A model generated the notes under the pieces. The model was given only the letters and a program-made list of their open reading frames with translations, had not been told where the DNA came from and did not search any database. The translations under genes and the position numbers were made by a program. A DNA stretch of 34,436 nucleotides from Candidatus Omnitrophota bacterium (GTDB taxonomy: Bacteria; Omnitrophota; Gorgyraeia; Gygaellales; JAHJCI01): assembly GCA_029932935.1 (NCBI GenBank), contig JAOZPD010000004.1, positions 1-34,436 of the forward strand. The letters are read 5' to 3'. The first letter of the stretch is position 1; each line of letters opens with the position of its first letter. This document shows positions 1-5,537 of this stretch, in pieces.

Positions 1-267
1 TAAATAGAAGTCTATCCTATTGCCTGAAGTAATACTTACTGGATAAGAACTATCATCTTCTCCAGTCCAGCGAGGGCTCGCCTGGCGCAAAAGCCTCACA
101 ATCTCCCTCATGGCCTTCCTGGCCTCCTGTTGTTCTATAAGTTTGTTCTGTCCGATACGCCAACTACGGTCTGATGTATGCAATATTGTAAACACTGCCA
201 AAAACAGAAAGGTAAAGATAAAGACGACTACAATCATCTCCGTTAAACTAAAGCCCCCCTCTCTCAT
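1..267 (-). CDS. Prepilin-type minor pilin/pseudopilin (PilW/GspJ-like), C-terminus cut by the window edge
   Basis: Absent from the ORF track because it runs off the left edge. Minus-strand ATG at 267..265 opens MREGGFSLTEMIVVVFIFTFLFLAVFTILHTSDRSWRIGQNKLIEQQEARKAMREIVRLLRQASPRW... It has a G|FSLTE class III signal/N-methylation motif with Glu+5, then a hydrophobic helix. 89 codons stay open to position 1. Confidence 0.75.
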   Translation of the reverse strand, partial: MREGGFSLTEMIVVVFIFTFLFLAVFTILHTSDRSWRIGQNKLIEQQEARKAMREIVRLLRQASPRWTGEDDSSYPVSITSGNRIDFYL

Positions 268-389
268 CCATAGCAGATCTCTCTGATTATTCTGATGGCT
301 CGAGTGTAATATCACCTTCATTAAATTAAGAGCCCTCTCTTTCAATCTGCATACAGCTGGACTTTTAATAATATATGCACCCTGGTTTA

Positions 390-836
390 TCATCGTACCG
401 CCAAGGTTACCAATTCAACCGGGGAATCTAAACGACCATTACCATTCACGTCCTCTTCAGCATCTAAGCTGCCATTTAAATTAAGATCCTCTCCGATAAC
501 ACGGTTATGACTCTTGAAACAAGCTATGATTCTTATCCTCTTCAAATCATCGGAGTATTCCATATCACTCACCTCGATCACCCCTTTTGAAGAACCAGAA
601 AAGAAACCATCTAAATCAAAATCGACCCCATCGTAAGAGTCCAATTCATCAAAGGAGGCTATCTTTATCTCCTCAATCTTCGCCTGAACAGCATTGGTAG
701 CAAGACTAAAACTACGAGAGAGATCGCTAAAGACGAACATATTAATATACGTCACTAATAACCCACATAGACAAAAAGCCAGAATACCCACAGTAAATAA
801 TACTTCTATCATGGTAAAGCCACTGTTTCTTTTCAT
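390..836 (-). CDS. Prepilin-type minor pilin/pseudopilin with acidic DxNxNG calcium-loop-like repeats
   Basis: 148 aa. The N-terminus MKRNSG|FTMIEVLFTVGILAF is a canonical class III signal (Gly-1, Phe+1, Glu+5) plus hydrophobic helix. The C-terminal half carries DFDLDG, DLNLNGSLD and DVNGNGRLD loops. Confidence 0.8.
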   Translation of the reverse strand: MKRNSGFTMIEVLFTVGILAFCLCGLLVTYINMFVFSDLSRSFSLATNAVQAKIEEIKIASFDELDSYDGVDFDLDGFFSGSSKGVIEVSDMEYSDDLKRIRIIACFKSHNRVIGEDLNLNGSLDAEEDVNGNGRLDSPVELVTLAVR

Positions 837-852
837 AAAATTTATAATACCG

Positions 853-1263
853 TTATTTGCATTCCGCCTCGGTCAACACTCCGCTGGTTGTGATTGTATA
901 TCTTTTTGAGCCTGTCCGACCGCATATCACGGGTTCTGCGCTGCAAGAATATCCATTAATATCTAATGATTCACAGCTATAGCTATATCCCTGAAGGGGT
1001 GAATCCGCAATATAATCCTTGTTAAGATACGGCGGCTCTGAGTTTGTCAACTCTGAGATATCTACCGGATAGCCGCGGTTATGCTCTGAGGCATAAGCCT
1101 CTAAAGCCGTAGATATTGTCCTTAAGGCAGCGCGGGCCGAGGATTCATTTGAGGCCATCTTTGACCTCAATAGACGCGGTATGCCAACCACTGCCAACAG
1201 CGTAATTATAGAAACACCCATTACCAGCCCTATGAATGTAATTCCTCTGTGCAATGTCACCAT
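853..1263 (-). CDS. Type IV pilin paralogue with a degenerate class III signal peptide
   Basis: 136 aa. Its globular part aligns with the neighbouring major pilin (NESSARAALRTISTALEAYA.., PPYLNKDY, GYSYSC..GYSCSA.P..C..YTITTSGVLTEAEC). The N-terminus is RG|ITFIGLV, with Ile at +1 and Gly at +5 instead of Phe/Glu. ATG start confirmed at 1263. Confidence 0.75.
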   Translation of the reverse strand: MVTLHRGITFIGLVMGVSIITLLAVVGIPRLLRSKMASNESSARAALRTISTALEAYASEHNRGYPVDISELTNSEPPYLNKDYIADSPLQGYSYSCESLDINGYSCSAEPVICGRTGSKRYTITTSGVLTEAECK

Positions 1264-1372
1264 ATCTTTCTTAAAGAGATATTAGCACTAACACCTATTC
1301 CTGATAATAACTTTATATAAATTCTATCATAAAAACTTACTTCAACAAGACAATTCGTATAAATCATTTATT

Positions 1373-1412
1373 AAAAAAATTCCCGCACCTCGAACAAGAA
1401 TCAAGGTGCGGG
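1373..1412 (-). terminator. Rho-independent terminator downstream of the major pilin gene
   Basis: The minus strand reads CCCGCACCU-UGAUUCUUGUUCG-AGGUGCGGG, a 9-bp GC-rich stem (1412..1382). It is followed by AAUUUUUUU (U-run 1379..1373) and lies 46 nt after the pilin stop codon. Confidence 0.85.
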
Positions 1413-1457
1413 GTTAAATCAAGCTAATCTAAACAAGAATACACTCAAAGCAAGACC

Positions 1458-1880
1458 TCAACCGCCACCGCCGCCGCCACCGCCGCCACAGGCAGCAGAT
1501 GTTAAAACCCCTCCGGTCGTAATAGTAAATGTCCTGGTACCGGTGGTGTTGCAGGTCGTAGGAGTAGCTGTACAACTGTATCCAGTAGCTGCTAATGTAC
1601 CGCAGGCAAAGGCATAACCCTGTCTTGCTGAAGCTGTATAATCCTCATTTAGATATGGCGGATTTGCTCCTGTTAAAGTAGCTATTGAAGTAGGATAATT
1701 TCCGTTGTTTGCTGCAGCATAGCTCTCACAAGCAGTGGAGATTGTGCGTAAGGTGGCTTGGGCATTGCTCTCATTAGCATTAACTCGGGCCCTGAGAAGA
1801 TTGGGTATGGCGATTGCCGCTAATAAAGCAACGATTGCCACTACTATCATGATTTCAACCAATGTAAAACCTCTTCTCAT
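1458..1880 (-). CDS. pilA: Major type IV pilin (prepilin) with a C-terminal Gly9 tail
   Basis: 140 aa. MRRG|FTLVEIMIVVAIVALLAAIAIPNLLRARVNANESNAQATLRTIS is a textbook type IV pilin N-terminus. Five Cys lie in the globular domain. An extended SD GAAAGGAGGU sits 8 nt upstream of the ATG. The gene has its own terminator and ends ..AACGGGGGGGGG*. Confidence 0.9.
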   Translation of the reverse strand: MRRGFTLVEIMIVVAIVALLAAIAIPNLLRARVNANESNAQATLRTISTACESYAAANNGNYPTSIATLTGANPPYLNEDYTASARQGYAFACGTLAATGYSCTATPTTCNTTGTRTFTITTGGVLTSAACGGGGGGGGG

Positions 1881-1968
1881 CTTCGCTTACCTCCTTTCCA
1901 AAGGCTGGATTAGACTTGGATTACGCTTAAGTTCGAATAAATTAAGCCTAGAACTATCTGCGCCTGCC

Positions 1969-1994
1969 TTGCCTGTCTGGCACGAAACAGGCAA
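1969..1994 (-). promoter_or_regulatory. Stable hairpin in the pilin 5' UTR
   Basis: UUGCCUGU (1994..1987 on the minus strand) pairs with ACAGGCAA (1976..1969), giving an 8-bp perfect stem with a 10-nt loop. An adjacent imperfect GGCAGGAC/GUCCUUUGCC hairpin lies just upstream. Confidence 0.5.
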
Positions 1995-2038
1995 AGGACA
2001 GAATCAAGTCCTGCCCTTTTTTTTTAAAAACTCACGTT

Positions 2039-2067
2039 CTTATATCACCTCCTTTCTTACTTGTCAA
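2039..2067 (-). promoter_or_regulatory. Sigma70-type promoter candidate for the major pilin gene
   Basis: Minus strand: TTGACA (2067..2062), 17-nt spacer, TATAAG (2044..2039). This predicts a 5' UTR of roughly 150 nt. Caveat: the spacer itself is a perfect SD-like GAAAGGAGGUGA. Confidence 0.5.
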
Positions 2068-2080
2068 GCAAAATCTAACC

Positions 2081-2192
2081 CCGCACCTTTTATCTATTCC
2101 CACAAGATACTCTTTAAATATCTGAAAGGAGCGGAAAAAATTTAACCCCGCTCTTAATATTCCGCGTGATACTCGCAGATATTGACGGGGCT
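2081..2192 (-). promoter_or_regulatory. Two consecutive hairpin + U-run modules (terminator-like/attenuator-like) in the pilin leader
   Basis: Module A: AGCCCCG (2192..2186) pairs with CGGGGUU (2150..2144), with inner AAUAU/AUAUU and CUGCG/CGCGG helices, followed by AAAUUUUUU (2143..2135). Module B: CCGCUCCUUU (2134..2125) pairs with AAAGGUGCGG (2090..2081) at 9 of 10 bp, followed by GGUUAGAUUUUG. GAGCGG in A can alternatively pair with CCGCUC in B. Confidence 0.45.
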
Positions 2193-2194
2193 CA

Positions 2195-2226
2195 CAAAAA
2201 ACCTATTCTCCATTTGAAGAATAGGT
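2195..2226 (-). terminator. Intrinsic terminator forming the expression platform of the GEMM-I element
   Basis: The minus strand reads ACCUAUUCU-UCAAAUGG-AGAAUAGGU, a 9-bp perfect stem (2226..2201), followed by UUUUUU (2200..2195). Confidence 0.8.
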
Positions 2227-2264
2227 TTGCAAAGTATAGTAATCTAAATTAAATATAATACCGC

Positions 2265-2350
2265 TTTCTGGCAACTGGCTACCCTTTGATTTCTCTCCGG
2301 GCCCTATAGCTTTGCGCCCCATCTTTTCAAATGGTTAGCCTTTTCTCCGG
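2265..2350 (-). promoter_or_regulatory. c-di-GMP-I (GEMM-I) riboswitch aptamer
   Basis: The minus strand 2340->2270 reads GGCUAACCAUUUGAAAAGAUGGGGCGCAAAGC...GGGUAGCCAGUUGCC. It matches the recalled Vc2 core GGCAAACCAUUCGAAAGAGUGGGACGCAAAGC at 26/32 positions. Differences inside the GAAA-capped helix are compensatory. The GCAAAGC junction and GGUAGC..GUUGCC 3' strand are conserved. The second hairpin is atypical and I could not fold it by eye. Confidence 0.75.
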
Positions 2351-2421
2351 CTGAGCAATATCAGCTGCGGAATCCCGCCCTAAAGCTTATGGCGGAACAG
2401 AAACGCCTTAATTCTACTTAA

Positions 2422-2449
2422 AGTATAACATGTGACTGTAAATTTTCAA
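2422..2449 (-). promoter_or_regulatory. Sigma70-type promoter with extended -10, driving the riboswitch transcript
   Basis: Minus strand: TTGAAA (2449..2444), 16-nt spacer ending in TGt, TATACT (2427..2422). It lies about 40 nt downstream of the pilC stop codon. Confidence 0.55.
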
Positions 2450-2490
2450 GATAATTGTATTTCTATCCTAACACAGATAATATATTAAGA

Positions 2491-3702
2491 CTAACGACTT
2501 ATCAGCTGCGTTATCTGAAAGATAGGTAAAAATAAGGCAATTACAATACCACCAATAATGATACCCAGGAAGGCAATAACCAACGGCTCAATCATACTGG
2601 TTAAACCCGCAACAGCAGCATCTACCTGCTCATCATAAAAATCGGCAATCTTGGTAAGCATTATTTCCAATTTTCCCGTCTGTTCACCCACGGCAATCAT
2701 TGCTGTAACCATAGGAGGAAAAACACCACTCCTGGTTAAAGGCTGCGCAATCGGTTCTCCCTCACGAACAGAATGCAAGGAATTACTCACCGCCTCCTCT
2801 ACCACCTTATTACCAGATGTCCTTGCCACAATATTCAGTGCATCAAGGATAGACACACCACTCCTGACCAATGTCGAGAGTGTACGGGAAAACTTCGCAA
2901 CAGCTACCTTACGAAAGAGTTCCCCCACAACAGGTAGCTTAAGAGTCATCTTATCAAAATTATATCTTCCTTTATCTGTATTAATATATCTCTTAAAGAG
3001 GAAAACCAGAATAAAAATACCAATAACCACAAAGATAAACATTCTCCTTAACAAATCACTAATCGCAATAAGTATAAGGGTCGGTAACGGCAAATTGCCA
3101 CCCAGCATATCAAATATCCCCTTGAACGTAGGCACAACCTTAAGTAGTAGAACAGCAGTAATCAAGATAGCCATAGTAAGCACAACTGCTGGATAGATAA
3201 GACTTGATTTAACCTTCCTTGTTAAGGCAGCCATTTTCTCCAGATAAGTCGCTATCCTGCCTAAAACGTCATCAAGCATCCCAGATGTCTCTCCTGCACG
3301 CACCATACTAACAAAAAACGTAGAAAACATACGAGGATATCTGGCTAAGCTATCACAGAAACTCAATCCAGACTCTACGTCCTGACGGATCATAAAAACA
3401 ACATTTTTAAGAGCTGGTGCCTCCACCTGATCAATCAATATTCTCAAGGCGCCTACTAAAGGAATACCAGAATCAATCAAGGTAGCCAGCTGGCGAGAAA
3501 AAACAACCAAGTCATCCATTTTCACCCTACCACCGCCTCGCTGTCGCTTAGCAATGGTTTTTTTCTTCGTCAGCTTTACAGAGACTACCGTCAATTCTCT
3601 CTTATGCAACTGTTGTATAACCTCATTCTCATTGGCAGCTTCGATAATACCATTTACTGTCTGTGCAGTTTTATCTTTAGCTGTATATTGGAATGTAGGC
3701 AT
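2491..3702 (-). CDS. pilC: Type IV pilus platform protein PilC (GspF family)
   Basis: 403 aa. It has two T2SS-F repeats (..FSRQLATLIDSGIPLVGAL.. and ..FSRTLSTLVRSGVSILDAL..) and three TM segments. AAGGAG SD sits 6 nt upstream of the ATG at 3702. Confidence 0.93.
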   Translation of the reverse strand: MPTFQYTAKDKTAQTVNGIIEAANENEVIQQLHKRELTVVSVKLTKKKTIAKRQRGGGRVKMDDLVVFSRQLATLIDSGIPLVGALRILIDQVEAPALKNVVFMIRQDVESGLSFCDSLARYPRMFSTFFVSMVRAGETSGMLDDVLGRIATYLEKMAALTRKVKSSLIYPAVVLTMAILITAVLLLKVVPTFKGIFDMLGGNLPLPTLILIAISDLLRRMFIFVVIGIFILVFLFKRYINTDKGRYNFDKMTLKLPVVGELFRKVAVAKFSRTLSTLVRSGVSILDALNIVARTSGNKVVEEAVSNSLHSVREGEPIAQPLTRSGVFPPMVTAMIAVGEQTGKLEIMLTKIADFYDEQVDAAVAGLTSMIEPLVIAFLGIIIGGIVIALFLPIFQITQLISR

Positions 3703-3734
3703 ATTATCTCCTTAACTTATTATCTGCATTTGCT

Positions 3735-5450
3735 TTATTCCTCAGTTGTTATACGTACAGCCTCATCCAGAGTAGTCAACCCCTGTTTTGCCTTCAGTAG
3801 AGCATCGTCACGCAACGTCCTCATACCTTTCTTTTTTATAGCGTATGCCTTGATTTCCTCGAGGGACCCTTTCTTAATAATTAACTGACGGATATAATCA
3901 TCGATCATCAAAACCTCTAACACGGCGATTCTTCCGAAGTAGCCTGTATTATTACAATAGTCACAGCCCTTAGCCTGGTAAAAGGTCGCCTTCTCTTTAA
4001 TTCCCAGCCCCTTAAGAATCTCGCCGGGAGCATCGTATATCTGACGACACTTATTACAAAGTCTTCTACATAGCCGTTGGGCACACGCCATAATTAAACT
4101 GGAGGCCACCAAGAAAGGCTCAATCCCCATATCAATAAGTCTGGTAATACTGGAAGCGGCGTCGTTAGTATGAAGCGTAGAAAGAAGTAATTGTCCGGTT
4201 AAAGCGGCTTTAATAGCGATATCCGCGGTTTCCGAATCACGAATCTCACCCACCATAATTACATCCGGACTCTGACGAAGCACAGAACGCAAACCAGAGG
4301 CAAAATCCAGACCAATCTCATGATGCGCCTGAACCTGAGTAATCCCCTCAATCTCATATTCTACGGGGTCCTCAATAGTAACAATGCTTCTCTCTGGTGT
4401 ATTTAATTGATTTACTATGGAATAAAGGGTTGTAGATTTACCGCTACCTGTCGGTCCAGTTACCAGAATCATACCAAAAGGATGAGCGATTGCCTCTTTG
4501 AATAAACGTAATGGCTCCTCAGAAAATCCTAACTTATCTAACCCCACAGAAAGATTGGATTTATCTAAGGCACGTAAAACAAATTTCTGGCCAAAAGTGG
4601 TAGGTAATGCAGATACTCGAAAATCTATCTCCTTATTCTCTAGGCGTACTTTAAATCTACCATCCTGAGGCAGACGGCTTTCAGTAATATTCATATTAGA
4701 TATTATCTTTAAACGCGCCAATACGGCATTCTGATTTTTCTTGGGTAGTCTCAATACATCGTATAAATCGCCATCGATGCGATAACGGACACGCAAGCAA
4801 TCCTCTTCAGGTTCTACATGAATATCCGAAGACCTCCGCTTTAAAGCCTGTATCAACATCAGATCAACAAGTTTAACGATGGGGGGGGTCTGGCTCTCGC
4901 GTACTGCCTGCGTCAACTCCAATTCTTCGGTCACCTGGACATCTGAAACCATCTCTCTTTCCCCCTCTAACGCCCCCTTAGAAATCTCGCCAAGAATCTT
5001 CTGTAAATCAGCTGCGTCTTTATGATACTGCTTATCTATTGCTGCCCTGATTTCATCCTCAGAACTCAAAACAATATCTATATCGCATCCGGTTAATGTC
5101 TTCAGGTCATCCAGAGCAAAAATATTAAAGGGATCGGTCATTGCTATGGTCATGGTATTCCCCATACGGGAGAGAGGAATAATCCCGTATCTTAGACAAA
5201 TCTGCTCAGGAACCAGTGAAATAACCTTTGGATCAAATTTGTATTTTGCCAGACGCAGAAAAGGCAGATACAGATGTTCCGAGAGAATGGAAAGCAGTTC
5301 CTGTTCAGAGATAATCTTTTCCTTTAATAATAACTGCCTCAGAGACAATTTCTTCCTCTTTTGTAATTGAATCAACTCATCAAGCTTTTCCTTGGGTATA
5401 GATTTATATCTCACCAATATATCGACTAATCTTTCCTTTAAATTTATCAT
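3735..5450 (-). CDS. pilB: PilB/GspE-type assembly ATPase, paralogue 2
   Basis: 571 aa. It has an N-terminal MshEN/T2SSE_N domain, Walker A GPTGSGKST, Asp/His boxes, and a tetracysteine motif CNKC..GCDYC typical of extension ATPases. Confidence 0.92.
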   Translation of the reverse strand: MINLKERLVDILVRYKSIPKEKLDELIQLQKRKKLSLRQLLLKEKIISEQELLSILSEHLYLPFLRLAKYKFDPKVISLVPEQICLRYGIIPLSRMGNTMTIAMTDPFNIFALDDLKTLTGCDIDIVLSSEDEIRAAIDKQYHKDAADLQKILGEISKGALEGEREMVSDVQVTEELELTQAVRESQTPPIVKLVDLMLIQALKRRSSDIHVEPEEDCLRVRYRIDGDLYDVLRLPKKNQNAVLARLKIISNMNITESRLPQDGRFKVRLENKEIDFRVSALPTTFGQKFVLRALDKSNLSVGLDKLGFSEEPLRLFKEAIAHPFGMILVTGPTGSGKSTTLYSIVNQLNTPERSIVTIEDPVEYEIEGITQVQAHHEIGLDFASGLRSVLRQSPDVIMVGEIRDSETADIAIKAALTGQLLLSTLHTNDAASSITRLIDMGIEPFLVASSLIMACAQRLCRRLCNKCRQIYDAPGEILKGLGIKEKATFYQAKGCDYCNNTGYFGRIAVLEVLMIDDYIRQLIIKKGSLEEIKAYAIKKKGMRTLRDDALLKAKQGLTTLDEAVRITTEE

Positions 5451-5537
5451 CGCTATTTTATATTATATACCCTATTTTTTCTCATCGGATAACTATGTCA
5501 TCAAACAAAATAACATTATTCTACAGTATTTACGGAA

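Noticed and set aside
254-259. A G6 homopolymer (C6 on the plus strand) in codons 3-5 of the edge-truncated minor pilin, considered as a slipped-strand phase-variation tract.
   Set aside because: Six residues is short for efficient slippage, and the alternative frames give immediate stops with no productive second start. There is no evidence of variability from a single sequence.
1978-1993. A sigma54-like TGGCAC-N5-AGGCA element upstream of the pilin gene.
   Set aside because: It lies on the plus strand, the wrong orientation for the minus-strand pilin. Its -12 element is imperfect, and the bases are better explained as the loop and 3' arm of the 8-bp UTR hairpin at 1969..1994.
2203-2322. 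A 39-codon minus-strand ORF (MGRKAIGPGEKSKGSQLPESGIIFNLDYYTLQTYSSNGE) inside the riboswitch/terminator region.
   Set aside because: It has no convincing SD, starts inside the conserved aptamer core and stops inside the terminator stem. It is better explained as non-coding RNA.
2230-2420. An initial idea that the GC-rich island is an SRP (4.5S) or 6S RNA.
   Set aside because: The apical motif GGCCCGGAGAGAAAUC does not fit the conserved SRP GGAA-tetraloop/AGCAGC pattern. The GEMM-I core match is far more specific.
2651-3196. Plus-strand ORFs of 60-180 aa lying antisense to long minus-strand genes. Examples: 694..909, 1735..2145, 2651..3196, 3604..3888, 5146..5370, 5392..5739, 7598..7837, 9555..9752, 9756..9980, 11099..11326, 12864..13124, 13180..13596, 14977..15366, 15320..15547, 27577..28116, 29367..29633, 31001..31390.
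   Set aside because: Each overlaps a minus-strand gene with unmistakable family motifs. Their translations are low-complexity or hydrophobic with no recognisable motifs, as expected for antisense frames in AT-rich DNA.
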